From NCBI GenBank assembly GCA_047947115.1, contig CP170459.1, forward strand, positions 3,456,001-3,520,000: a stretch of DNA of 64,000 bases. Direction: 5' to 3'. Positions 1 to 10,522 of the stretch are shown piece by piece; within the stretch, counting starts at the first letter, position 1; every line of letters starts with the position of its first letter. The notes beneath the pieces are model-generated. The model ran no database searches. It was not told where the DNA came from and saw nothing but the letters and a program-made list of their open reading frames with translations. Both the position numbers and the translations under genes were made by a program. Source of the DNA: Verrucomicrobiota bacterium (GTDB taxonomy: Bacteria > Verrucomicrobiota > Verrucomicrobiia > Limisphaerales > AAA164-E04).

Positions 1-183
1 CGGGTACAGGATGTTTCATTTCTCAAGTGCCAATACTCGATCGCCAGCTCGAGAAACGAAGTTCCCCGCTGGAAGCGACAGTGCTCCGGCCCGTTTGGCA
101 CGGGTGGATACAATGGACCTTCTGGTCAGTTTGGATTCAGATGGCGGTTTCTCTGAAAACATATGTCTTCTGTGGCGCGTGGA

Positions 184-1515
184 TTATTGTAACTTGAAAC
201 TGAAGGTTTTTTTCTCACCGTTGCGGATGATTTTGATTTGGACCTCTGTTCCGATGGGGCGATTTCGCAGCACATGAGCGAATATTTCAGTTTCGCGCAT
301 GGACGTTGAAATGCCGTCGAATTCGATCAGAATATCTCCTGGTTTCAATCCCGCGCGATGGGCAACGCCGTGGTCGCCATATTTGCCGGTGTGTTCCACC
401 AGCAGAGCCAGTTTGTCGGGGGGCAGTTCATGCGCTTTGATTTCTTCATCGGTCATGTTGCGCATTTTCAATCCTCCTGCAGCCATGCGGCGAAGGTCCC
501 AACTGGTCGTGCGCCATCCGATATCCGACGTCCTGCGCCAACCTTTGGTGATGGGCAGTGTCAGCTCTATCTGCTCGTTTCCGCGCTGTGCCACAACTCG
601 AATCGTGGACGGTTCCTTTGCTTGGTGAATGACCCATTGCACGTCGGCAATGGACAGAATGGGTTGGCCCTCCATTTTCAGGATGACGTCGCCAGCCTTG
701 AAACCCGAATGATCCGCTGCCGAACCCGGAATCACCTTGTCCACCTTGGCAATTTCTTTGGGGTCCAAATTGATGCCAAGAACATCCGGCATGGGCCAGG
801 GGTAGATGGTTTTGTCATCTACATTGGTTCCCTTGGAACGAGCGAATCGCCGGTTGGCTTCGCCAACCATGTGGCAGTGGATGCAGCTTGCGGCCACCTT
901 GCCATCGAAATCCAGCCAAGGTTGAAAACGTCCTTCGAGGTGAGGGAACTCCTGGGGTATCTTGAACTCGCTGAACGGAGCCGTTTTTCCCGCCAGGGAA
1001 GCCTTGTTGGCAGGGTAAGCCTTGTGAAGGTCCAAGGCCCTTTGCATGGCCTTGGCAAAACCTTCGATCGAGATGTCCCGTTCCGCCTCTTTCTGGCTGG
1101 ATCGTGTTCCGTATCGGCCATACAGCGTTTTGTCGGCGTTCATGAAAAATGCGGCAAAGGTGAGGTCGTAATCAAAGTGAAACAAATTCAAATCGACGGA
1201 ATTACATTGGATCAGGCGCACTCGCACGAATTGATCCATCCATTCCTTCAATTCCTCTTCCAAACGGACAACCTGCCCGTCAAATCCGGCGCAAGCCGTT
1301 CAAGGAATACAACGAAACGTGACCAGCAATGGTTTGCCGTCCCGTTTGGCCTCGGCAATGGCCAGGTCCAGGTTGTTGTAGATCCAGAGACCCGTGGATT
1401 CGACTGTGCTTTTGTCGTTGCGAACCTTTTCGTCGCGGTTTTCCGCGGCTCCGGAAGAAAGCTTGCTTCCGAGCAACAAGCACCCGCAGATAAGTGTGAA
1501 CAATGATGTTTTCAT
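184..1515 (-). CDS. Thioredoxin-like (Trx7)/PDZ domain selenoprotein, 443 aa, Sec72 encoded by TGA at 1302-1300
   Basis: ORFs 1300..1560 and 184..1263 are in the same frame, separated by one TGA and 12 sense codons: LLVTFRCIP-TGA-TACAGFDGQVVRLEEEL. Signal-peptide-like start MKTSLFTLICG at 1515, thioredoxin-like AIAEAKRDGKPLLVTF, an SCIHCH motif and two PDZ domains (GSAADHSGFKAGDVI, AHRAGLKPGDIL). Confidence 0.85.
1263..1281 (-). promoter_or_regulatory. Putative SECIS hairpin of the Trx7/PDZ gene
   Basis: Minus strand GACGGGCA-GGT-TGTCCGTT, an 8-bp stem with a GGU loop, starting 19 nt after the TGA. Confidence 0.7.
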
Positions 1516-1651
1516 GTTGGATGTGTAGCGTATGATGCTCCTTCCCGATGTAATGCGCAATGTGAAAATTTATGGGGCGAATGCCGTTTTATCTGGCTAG
1601 AAACGTGAATCGCCCACATGGTGTTGACCGCTGATTGTTCCTGGAAAGTAA

Positions 1652-2680
1652 ATGCAAGCTCCGGATAGAATGGAATCACATCAACACATTCCCAAACAAA
1701 TGCTGGAAAGAAGAAGCCTCTTGGTGAAGGCTGATTCCACCAACGCCTATCGTCTCGTTCACGGAGTGGCTGATGGCATGCCGGGGTTGTTCCTGGATCG
1801 GTTTGGGGATGCCCTGCTTGCGTCCAAAGAAGGCCGTCTTCAAGCAAAGGAAGAGGCCCTGTGTCTGGATTGGTTTCATCTGCTTGGATCCGGGCACCTT
1901 TACTTGAAGAATCTGGATCGTCAGGTTCGGAAGTCCAATATTGAGCATGCTTCCCCCGAACGATGGAAAGGCGAAACGCAAGATCCCGCGAATCAAGTTC
2001 GGGAAAACGGGATTCGTTATGCCGTTCGGTTTGATGAAGGTTATTCGGTTGGAATCTTTCTGGATCAAAGAGAAAATCGACAGCGGTGCCTGCGGGGGAA
2101 GGTGACGAAAGGGTTTGAACTTCGCCCGCGGCAACAGTCAGCGGGGGAGGTTTTGAATACGTTTTCCTACACCTGTGCATTTTCCGTGTGTGTCGCTAAG
2201 GCGGGTATGCGAGCGGTGAGCCTGGATCTTTCTAAAAAATACCTGGATTGGGGCAGGGCCAATTTTCAACTCAATGACATGAACCCCGATGACCATGATT
2301 TCATTTATGGCGATGTGTTCGACTGGATGCGTCGGTTCAGGAACCGGGGCAGAAAATTTGCCGGGATCATTTTGGATCCCCCCACTTTTTCAAAAGCACC
2401 CAAGACGGGTAAAACATGGAAAGCAGAGCGGGATTATCCTGAGTTGCTGGCGATGGCGTTGGATTTGATGGAACCCGGCGGATGGATTTTGGCCTGTAAC
2501 AACACGGTTGGCTGGAGCGTGGATCGGTTTGAATCATCTGTCCGAGAATGTTTGGCGGCTCGCAGAGTGGATGTCGGTCGCTTTTACTCCGCGAGGCAGG
2601 GAGTGGATTTTCCGGTGACCGCGAAATCACCTCAATATTTGAAATCTGTCTGGATTCAGGTAGAACAGGTGCCACGATGA
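1652..2680 (+). CDS. Class I SAM-dependent rRNA methyltransferase (RlmI/RlmK-like)
   Basis: Motifs YRLVHGVADGMPGL, GIFLDQRENR, VLNTFSYTCAFS, ILDPPTFSK. Confidence 0.85.
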   Translation: MQAPDRMESHQHIPKQMLERRSLLVKADSTNAYRLVHGVADGMPGLFLDRFGDALLASKEGRLQAKEEALCLDWFHLLGSGHLYLKNLDRQVRKSNIEHASPERWKGETQDPANQVRENGIRYAVRFDEGYSVGIFLDQRENRQRCLRGKVTKGFELRPRQQSAGEVLNTFSYTCAFSVCVAKAGMRAVSLDLSKKYLDWGRANFQLNDMNPDDHDFIYGDVFDWMRRFRNRGRKFAGIILDPPTFSKAPKTGKTWKAERDYPELLAMALDLMEPGGWILACNNTVGWSVDRFESSVRECLAARRVDVGRFYSARQGVDFPVTAKSPQYLKSVWIQVEQVPR

Positions 2681-3708
2681 TTCCCGAACTATTTGAAAAC
2701 GAAACTCAGTTGCTTGAGCATTTTACCACACCGGATGCGAGTTTGGGTAATGTGGCCCGCTCGATTGATGGCCCCTTGGTGGTACTGGGCGCCGGTGGGA
2801 AAATGGGACCGACCCTTTGTGTGCTGGCCAAACGTGCGATGGAGGAGGCCGGGGTGGATCATCCGGTGATTGCCGTCAGCCGGTTTTCGAATCCAAACGA
2901 ACGTGCCTGGCTCGAGGGTCAGGGTGTTTCCACCCATACGGCGGACCTACTGGATCCAAAAATTTATGCTTCTCTTCCCGATGCTCACAACGTGATTTAT
3001 CTTGTCGGGCTCAAGTTTGGTACCCAGCAGAATCCGGAACTTACCTGGGCTGTCAACACCGTGGTCCCCATGCAGGCTTGCCGTCGATATGCGGGTGCGC
3101 GGATGGTGGCGCTTTCCACTGGTAATGTTTACCCGATGAGCCAGGTGTCCAGCGGAGGTTCGGTTGAAACCGATCCACTGACGCCGCTGGGTGAATACGC
3201 CAATGCCGCTGTGGCGCGGGAGCGTGTGCTGAGATACGTGGCCGCTGAATCGGATGTGACACTGGCGATCATGCGACTTAACTATGCCCAGGACTTGCGA
3301 TATGGTGTGTTGGTGGATCTGGCCACAAAAATCTGGAACAACGAATCCGTTGATGTATCCATGGGATACTTCAACGCCATTTGGCAGAAAGACGCCAACA
3401 TGGCCATCCTTCGCACACTGGATCTGGTTGCCAACCCCAAGAGTGTCTGGAATCTGACCGGTCCTGATGTGTTATCGGTTCGATCCGTTGCTCTAGCATT
3501 GGCAAAGGAGCTGGGGAGGGAATGTCAACTAAAGGGGGCCGAGGGTGAGACGGCGTTGTTGAGCAATGCTTCCGCGCTTTGGGCCCGTTTGGGTGCCGAT
3601 CTGACTCCGGTATCGGATGTCATCCGGTGGCTTGCAGCCTGGGTAAAGAGTGGCGGGCGACTCTATGGCAAACCCACCAAATTTGAGGTCAGGGACGGAC
3701 AATATTAG
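2677..3708 (+). CDS. NAD-dependent epimerase/dehydratase family protein
   Basis: Rossmann motif VLGAGGKMG, STGNVY and GEYANAA; start ATG 2677 overlaps the upstream stop (ATGA). Confidence 0.85.
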   Translation: MIPELFENETQLLEHFTTPDASLGNVARSIDGPLVVLGAGGKMGPTLCVLAKRAMEEAGVDHPVIAVSRFSNPNERAWLEGQGVSTHTADLLDPKIYASLPDAHNVIYLVGLKFGTQQNPELTWAVNTVVPMQACRRYAGARMVALSTGNVYPMSQVSSGGSVETDPLTPLGEYANAAVARERVLRYVAAESDVTLAIMRLNYAQDLRYGVLVDLATKIWNNESVDVSMGYFNAIWQKDANMAILRTLDLVANPKSVWNLTGPDVLSVRSVALALAKELGRECQLKGAEGETALLSNASALWARLGADLTPVSDVIRWLAAWVKSGGRLYGKPTKFEVRDGQY

Positions 3709-3731
3709 AATGCACGCACTGAATTCATCTC

Positions 3732-4805
3732 ATGTCTGATGTCCCGCAGATTCCATCATGGGTTCACGACAACCTTAAAAAGGGATTGGTCATTCCGGCT
3801 CATCCATTGGCATTGACCGAACAAGGGGCATGGGATGAGGCGGCGCAGCGGGCTTTGAGTCGCTATTATTTGGCAGCGGGAGCCGGAGGCCTGGCGGTCG
3901 GGGTGCATACGACTCAATTTGAAATCCGTGCCCCCGAACACCTGCTGCTGGAACCCGTGCTTCAACTGGCTGCCGAAACGGCAAAAGAAACAGACAGGGC
4001 TGCGGGCACACAGACTGTTTTGGTTGCTGGTATCTGCGGTCGCACGGAGCAAGCCTTGACCGAAGCTCAATGGGCACAAAAACATGGTTACCATTTGGGG
4101 TTGTTGTCGCTGGCTGCATGGAGGGATGCTTCGGAAGCGGACATCCTTCAGCATTGTCGTGAGGTTGCCCGGGTAATGCCGCTGTTTGGCTTCTACTTGC
4201 AACCAGCGGTGGGGGGGCGCTTGCTCAGTCAGGCTTTTTGGAGGGAGTTCGCAGATATTCCAAATGTCTGCGCCATCAAAATCGCCCCTTTCAATCGTTA
4301 CCAAACGCTGGATGTTATCCGGGCGGTTGCCGAGTCGGATCGTTGGCAGGATGTGGCGTTATACACGGGGAACGACGATCAGATTGTGGTGGATCTTTTG
4401 AGTCGCTGGAAGTTTCAGATCAATGGCGAAGAAAGGATTCTGGGGTTCAGCGGCGGTTTGTTGGGACATTGGGCTGTCTGGACCCATCAAGCGGTTCAAA
4501 TGCTGGCCTCCATTCAAACCATCCGAACCAACACAGGCATACCTCAGGAATGGTTTGCGTTGGCAAATGAGGTGACGGAATCGAATGCTGCCTTGTTTGA
4601 TGCGGCCAATGGGTTTCGAGGCTGTATCGCAGGAATTCAGCAGGTATTGTTTGAGCAGGGCTTGCTGTCGAGCCCCAGATGTTTGAACCCGAATGAGAGA
4701 ATGTCCCCAGGTCAGGCGGAATTGTTGGAAAAGGTCCGGAAGCAATATCCGCATTTGGTGGATGACGCATTTGTGGCCCAGTACAAGGATGAATGGTTAT
4801 CCTGA
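3732..4805 (+). CDS. Dihydrodipicolinate synthase (DapA-like) family aldolase/lyase
   Basis: IPAHPLAL, AVGVHTTQF, GFYLQPAVGG, Schiff-base region AIKIAPFNRY, LYTGNDD; co-oriented with the epimerase. Confidence 0.85.
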   Translation: MSDVPQIPSWVHDNLKKGLVIPAHPLALTEQGAWDEAAQRALSRYYLAAGAGGLAVGVHTTQFEIRAPEHLLLEPVLQLAAETAKETDRAAGTQTVLVAGICGRTEQALTEAQWAQKHGYHLGLLSLAAWRDASEADILQHCREVARVMPLFGFYLQPAVGGRLLSQAFWREFADIPNVCAIKIAPFNRYQTLDVIRAVAESDRWQDVALYTGNDDQIVVDLLSRWKFQINGEERILGFSGGLLGHWAVWTHQAVQMLASIQTIRTNTGIPQEWFALANEVTESNAALFDAANGFRGCIAGIQQVLFEQGLLSSPRCLNPNERMSPGQAELLEKVRKQYPHLVDDAFVAQYKDEWLS

Positions 4806-4825
4806 GGGAAACATCTCAAACACCT

Positions 4826-4950
4826 GAGGGGCCAGCTCACGCTTGAACCCACTTCAAGTCCACTGCACGGGAGTAGTCATCAGGTTGCAATGGAACCGCG
4901 ACCGGCGTGGGGCTCCCGGGCTTCCCGCGTTCCACCTCCGTTGCTCAGGC
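4826..4950 (+). repeat. Diverged partial solo copy of the 189-bp repeat unit
   Basis: gaggggccagctcacgcttgaacccacttc matches the array unit at 26/30; cccgcgttcc-N7-ttgctcaggc follows at similar spacing. Confidence 0.65.
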
Positions 4951-5082
4951 ATGACGCAAGGCGGAAATTCAAGAACGAGACCCGCGTGCCGGATCATCTC
5001 TGCAAGTTTGAAATGTTGATCTTCGTTCTGGCTGATGCAAGCGGTTGCTTTTGGTTTACGGTTTTGTTAGTAATGGTCGGCA

Positions 5083-6690
5083 GTGAATCATCCACAACAA
5101 AGGGCATCGATCCCGGATAAATTGCAGGCTTCTGGAGGCTTGTCGGAAGGGGTGGCAGCAAAAGTCCACCAGGACACTGCCATTCCGGAGGCTGAAGTCT
5201 TCGGTGTCGGCAGTTTTTTTCATCTGTTGGCCGAACCGGATGTCAAAGTCCGCGTCTGCAACGGGCTCGCCTGTCGCATGGCGGGTGCCGATGATGTCTT
5301 GAAAGCTGCCGAATCCGCCGTACTTCCCGTGAAAGCATGTTCCTGTCTGGCTGCGTGTGATCAGGCTCCGGCTGCATTGCGTGATCGAAGTGTGCTTTAC
5401 CGTATTTCCAAATCCCACATCGATGCGTGTGGTGGCGATTGGAAGGCGTTGGTCACGGACGCCACCAAAGCCGATCCTGAATTTCGGGGCATTGTTGGTC
5501 CGAGCGGTGCCGATCCGGATCAACGCGCCATCGATTTGTTGGGAGAAGCCGATTATACGGGACAGGCATTTGCCAAAGCCTGTGAGTCGGGTGCTGAGAA
5601 AGTCATCGAAGCCATTGACGGATCAGGACTTCAAGGACGTGGTGGAGCTGGATTTCCAGCCGGTTTCAAATGGAAGAGCGTGCGCGGGCAGGCTGAGCCG
5701 GTTCGGTATGTCGTGCTGAATGCCGATGAAGGTGAACCCGGAACATTCAAGGACCGTGAGGTGTTATTACGGCGTCCGGACAAGGTCCTTGAAGGATTGG
5801 CCATCGCGGCCTGGACGGTCGGGGCCAAGGAGGTCTATTGCTATTTGCGGGGAGAGTTTGAAGGTCCCTGGAGAGTGTTAAGCGCGGCGGTGCAACGCGT
5901 TGAAGAAGCGGGATTGTTTCCTGGTATTCGATTTCATTTACACGCAGGTCAGGGAGCATATATTTGCGGGGAAGAGACGGCATTGCTGGAAGCGCTGGAA
6001 GGAAAACGTGGACTCCCCCGGCTCAAACCTCCTTTTCCCACCGAGCAGGGATTGTGGGGCAAGCCAACCCTGATCCACAACGTCGAAACCATCGCCTGTG
6101 TTCCGTCCATCATTCAGCGCGGTGGAGATTGGTTCAAGCAACTCGGGCGCACCGGCGCCGGCAGCAAACTTTACTGTGTGAGTGGTCACGTGAAACATCC
6201 CGGCGTGTATGAAATGCCGTTGGGAGTGACCTTGGACGAATTGGTGGAGGAGGCCGGAGGTTATGAAGGAACCTTGAAATCATTTTCCCCGGGCGGCGCC
6301 AGCTCAGGCTTTCTGCCTGCGTCTGAGCGGACACGGCCATTGGATTTCAAGACCCTTTCGGAGGTCGGATCGATGCTGGGATCGGCGGGGGTGACCGTTT
6401 TGAATGACACCGTCAACATGGCCTGGGCTGCCCAATCACAGTTGATCTTTTATGAAGCGGAGAGTTGCGGGCAGTGTGCGCCCTGCAGAATCGGAACCCG
6501 GTTTCTGCGCGAAAACCTGGACAAGCATCTGGCTCGTTCCAAAGATGCACAGAGCCCCGATCTGCAGCCACTCGAACACGTGGCCGATGCCGCCTGGGAA
6601 ATGAACGAAGGTTCCATTTGTGGTTTGGGGCAGATCGCCGCGTTGCCGCTCACCAGTGCCATGAAATATTTTCCTGAAGACTTTGAATGA
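5083..6690 (+). CDS. NAD-linked formate dehydrogenase flavoprotein subunit, NuoE-like/NuoF-like (FdsG/FdsB-like) fusion
   Basis: N-terminal [2Fe-2S] CNGLAC...CLAAC, FMN/NAD motifs GLQGRGGAGFPAGFKW, NADEGEPGTFKD, GAYICGEETAL, and [4Fe-4S] ESCGQCAPCRIG...ICGLG. Confidence 0.9.
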   Translation: MNHPQQRASIPDKLQASGGLSEGVAAKVHQDTAIPEAEVFGVGSFFHLLAEPDVKVRVCNGLACRMAGADDVLKAAESAVLPVKACSCLAACDQAPAALRDRSVLYRISKSHIDACGGDWKALVTDATKADPEFRGIVGPSGADPDQRAIDLLGEADYTGQAFAKACESGAEKVIEAIDGSGLQGRGGAGFPAGFKWKSVRGQAEPVRYVVLNADEGEPGTFKDREVLLRRPDKVLEGLAIAAWTVGAKEVYCYLRGEFEGPWRVLSAAVQRVEEAGLFPGIRFHLHAGQGAYICGEETALLEALEGKRGLPRLKPPFPTEQGLWGKPTLIHNVETIACVPSIIQRGGDWFKQLGRTGAGSKLYCVSGHVKHPGVYEMPLGVTLDELVEEAGGYEGTLKSFSPGGASSGFLPASERTRPLDFKTLSEVGSMLGSAGVTVLNDTVNMAWAAQSQLIFYEAESCGQCAPCRIGTRFLRENLDKHLARSKDAQSPDLQPLEHVADAAWEMNEGSICGLGQIAALPLTSAMKYFPEDFE

Positions 6691-6707
6691 ACATTTAGAC
6701 GCAAGCC

Positions 6708-9440
6708 ATGACTGAAAATACAGCCATCCTGAATGGACATGAAATCCGGTTTGAACCGGGGGATACCATTCTTACCGCCGCCGAACGCATGGGGGTCGAC
6801 ATACCGACCTTATGCCACGACCCTCGTCTCAAACCCGCCGGGGCTTGTCGTACCTGCCTGGTCGAAATTAAAAAGCGCCCCAAACTCGCGCCCGCCTGTG
6901 CCACAGCCTTGACGCCCGGGATGGAAATCGTCACGCACAATGAACGTATCGAACGTCATGTGCGGACCTTGCTGGCCTTGTATCTCACCGACCATGCCGT
7001 CCACGGGGAAGCATCGATCGTCAGCGAGCAGGGTACGGGCAACAAACTCATCGATTTGGCGCGGGCTTATGATGCGCCATTGGATTGGCCGTCGCTGGAC
7101 AATATCCGTAAAGGCCGTCCTGAGGATGTGAATCCTTATGTGACGTTCCAGCCGGAAAAATGCATCGCCTGCGCGCGCTGCACCCGTTACTGCGCCGAGG
7201 TGGAAAGCGTCTCTGCCATCACCATGGCCGAACGCGGCAGTCGGACCACGGTTTTTACCGCCGATGGAAGATCCTTGATGGACACCACCTGTGAACTGTG
7301 TGGGGGATGCATCGATACCTGTCCGACCGGTGCCATGACGGAAAAGAAACCTCTGCTCGCCCGGGTGGATTCCTCCAAAACACTGAAAAAGGTCCGCACA
7401 ACCTGCAATTACTGTGGCGTAGGATGTCAGATGGATCTGAATGTCGATCCGGATGGCAATGAGGGACGCGGCAAAGTGGTCAAAGTCACGAGCCCGCCTC
7501 CAGGAACCACCACCAATGACGGCAACCTGTGTGTGAAGGGGAGATTTGCCTACGATTTCATTGATCACAACGAACGCCTCACGACGCCTCTTGTGCGCGG
7601 GGAAGACGGTAAATTGCACGAAGCCACTTGGGATGAAGCTTATCGCAGGGCGGCAGAAGGATTGATCAAGGTGTCCACTCAGCATGGACCGAATGCCCTG
7701 GGTTTTGTTTCCTCTTCCCGGTGTACGATGGAGGAAAATTACCTGATGCAGAAAATGTCCAGGGCGGTGTTCCACACGAACAACGTCCATCAGTGCGCGG
7801 CGACGTGACACGCTCCCACAGTGGCCGGTCTGGTCACTACCTTTGGTGCGGGTGCGATGACAAACTCGATTAATGAGATCCGAGGAGCAGATTTTCTGTT
7901 CGTGATCGGCAGCAACACGACCGAGGCTCATCCCATCATTGCGATGGAAATGAAGCGAGCGGTGCATCGTGGCGCGAAGCTGGTGGTGGCGGATCCGAGA
8001 TCGATTGATCTGACACGACTTGCTCATCGTCATCTCAAACTGACGCCAGGAACGGACGTCTGGTTGTTGAACGCCATGGCGCATGTGATCCTGGTGGAAG
8101 ATCTCATTGATCCGGTTTTCATTGAGCAACACACCGAAAATTTCGAAGCCATGAGGGAAGAGGCTTTGAAATATCCTCCCGAAGAAGCGGAAAAAGTGAC
8201 CGGCGTGCCTGCCGAGGACATCCGTGCGACGGCGCGTGAATACGCAACAACAGACAAGGCCGGGATCTATTACACGCTTGGCATCACGGAACACACCCAT
8301 GGTACGGACAACGTCTACTGCCTGGCCAACCTGGTGCTCATGACCGGACATTTGGGAAAACCTTCCTCCGGTATGAATCCGTTGCGTGGGCAGAACAATG
8401 TTCAGGGTGCGAATGATGCGGGTGCCACACCTATTTTTTATCCGGGTTATCAACGTGTGGATGATCCGGAAGTGCAGGCCAAGTATGAGGCTGCGTGGGG
8501 AACCGAGCTTTCGCCCGAACCGGGATTGAATCTTAATGTCATGATGAAAACCCTGGGCAAGGGCATCAAGGGGATGCTGGTCATGGGCGAGGACATCGTC
8601 ATGTCCGAACCCAATACCGCCAAGCTCGAAGCGGGTTTGAACAACATGGAATTTCTGGTGGTACAGGACATCTTTCTGAACGAAACAGCACGTTTTGCAG
8701 ATGTTGTTTTTCCTGCTTCTTGCTTCGCCGAAAAAGACGGCACCTTCACCAATTCCGAACGACGAGTTCAGCGTGTCCGTAAAGCGGTGGAACCACCAGG
8801 GGAAGCCAAGGCCGATTGGTCGATTCTGCAAAATCTTGCCAACGCATGTGGCGCGGGGTGGAATTACCGTCATCCGTCTGAAATCTATGCCGAACTGGCA
8901 CGCTATGCTCCACGGTTCAGTGGGATCAGTCATGATCGCATCGAGAAGGAGGGTGGGATTCAATGGCCTTGTCCAGATTCCTATCATCCTGGCACGACCT
9001 ATCTTCACAAAGGCGGCGTGCTGAGGGGGAAGGGATTGTTTACGCCCGTCACTTATCGTCCTTCAGCTGAACTGCCAGATCAGGACTTTACCTTGATTTT
9101 GTCCACAGGGCGCACGCTGTATCACTACAATGCTGCGACCCAGACACGCAGGGAGCCTGGACCTCATGGTAAACAACCGGAAGCATTTGTTCAGATTCAT
9201 CCAAAGGATGCGGGGCGTCGTTCCATTGAACATGGGGCGAGTGTGGAAGTGAGATCCAGGCGCGGGACCATTCAGGCAAAAGCTGTCGTGACACGGGATG
9301 TGCGTCGCGGATGTGTCTGGATGCCTTTTCATTTTGCCGAAGCCAAGGCCAATACCCTGACCAATGATGTCGGGGATGTGATTACCGGGACGGCCGAATA
9401 CAAGGTCTGTGCCGTGGAAGTGGCGGCGGTCCATGTGTGA
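6708..9440 (+). CDS. fdhF: Formate dehydrogenase alpha subunit (Mo/W-bisPGD), selenoprotein, 910 aa, Sec367 encoded by TGA 7806-7808
   Basis: ORFs 6708..7808 and 7821..9440 are in frame: NNVHQCAAT-TGA-HAPTVAGLVTTFGAGAMTNSI. N-terminal Fe-S domains, TTCNYCGVGC...LCVKG, LRGQNNVQG and EKDGTFTNSERRVQ. Confidence 0.95.
7820..7838 (+). promoter_or_regulatory. SECIS hairpin of fdhF
   Basis: AGTGGCC-GGTCT-GGTCACT beginning after an 11-nt spacer from the TGA, like the E. coli fdhF SECIS geometry. Confidence 0.9.
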
Positions 9441-9736
9441 GCCTTCCAAGGGAATGATTTTTTGGACTGCGGTGGTCACGACACCGTTCTGGATGCTTTA
9501 GGAAACGTAATCGTTCCCGACTGCTTGTCTCATACCATTGCCTCTTGACGGAAGTTTTTCATCTGAAAACCTACGCTTTTGGCAATTGAAGTTGGCCAGG
9601 GTATGCGGACCGTATTCAGAGCGGTGATGTTGTTTGACGCAGATTGGAGTGCGTGCAGTTGCATGGGTGCAGTGATTTTTGGTGCTTGTTCCGCCGGGCT
9701 TTTAGCCGTAAACTCTAGTCCAACTCCCAATCACTC

Positions 9737-10438
9737 ATGAAACGAAAACAGGCATTTACTTTGATTGAACTTCTCGTTGTGGTGGCCATTATTGCCATCC
9801 TGGCCTCCATGCTTTTACCCGCTCTGGCCGGGGCCAAAGTTTCAGCGAGAAAGGTGCTCTGCATGAATAATCAAAAGCAGATTTCGCTGGCAACCATCAT
9901 GTATGGGGACGATTTCAACGGTTACTTTCCGCCTGCGACCAATTCGGACCATACGGACTGGATCAAGAATATGATTCGGGCCGGCTATTTCGAAAGCTTG
10001 AAATCGTTTGAAGATCCCGCCGAACACGAGGGCCCCCATGATCATTCAAAATTGCGAAAGGTCACTATGCGAATGGATAATGGTGAGCGCGAGGAATTCA
10101 CCGCATCCTACGGAATCAACGAGCGATTGGCAGGACCGAATGGTGTGAAGATGCCCAAATTTCAAACCGTTCCGGAGCCGACTTCCAATTTCTTTTTTGG
10201 ATGTTCGACCTATTTTATCGCGCCCGACTGGGATCATGAGCGTGTTTACAATGCCGGTGGACCGCATCCGATTGGTTCGACCATCAACCCTCCCCAGAAA
10301 GAGTATGCCCGGCATGGTTCAGGGAGTGGATCCAAACCCGGTAGCGTGATCACTTATGTGGACGGGCATTCCAATTTCGAAAGCCAGGAGTTCATTCAAA
10401 AGGACCTGCAATGGTTCCAGGGGGATTCTCGTCGGTAG
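9737..10438 (+). CDS. Prepilin-type N-terminal cleavage/methylation domain protein (PVC-type)
   Basis: [38 protein letters not shown] and C-terminal RH...YVDGH. Confidence 0.9.
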   Translation: MKRKQAFTLIELLVVVAIIAILASMLLPALAGAKVSARKVLCMNNQKQISLATIMYGDDFNGYFPPATNSDHTDWIKNMIRAGYFESLKSFEDPAEHEGPHDHSKLRKVTMRMDNGEREEFTASYGINERLAGPNGVKMPKFQTVPEPTSNFFFGCSTYFIAPDWDHERVYNAGGPHPIGSTINPPQKEYARHGSGSGSKPGSVITYVDGHSNFESQEFIQKDLQWFQGDSRR

Positions 10439-10522
10439 TTCTTGACAGGATCGACAGGATAACCCGGATGCATATTTGGCGTGGGATTACCTTTCGAGGA
10501 TATGTGCCATGATGTGTCTTCC

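Noticed and set aside
16..162. Minus-strand 48-aa ORF (MFSEKPP...LTRRSIV...LEK-TGA-NILYP) as a fourth recoded gene
   Set aside because: Weak Tat-like motif only; the window ends 15 nt after the TGA, so neither a SECIS nor a continuation can be judged.
6810..9008. Long antisense ORFs (e.g. 6810..9008 -, 358..1506 +, 13623..14561 +, 21690..22649 -)
   Set aside because: Shadow frames opposite well-supported genes, with no motifs.
6708..9440. fdhF and Trx/PDZ as pseudogenes
   Set aside because: Each has a single TGA at the catalytic Cys/Sec position with a SECIS-like hairpin and no frameshift.
9461..9492. Small hairpin after fdhF (gcggtg...caccgt) as a terminator or REP remnant
   Set aside because: Weak 6-bp stem, no U-tract, no clear second copy.
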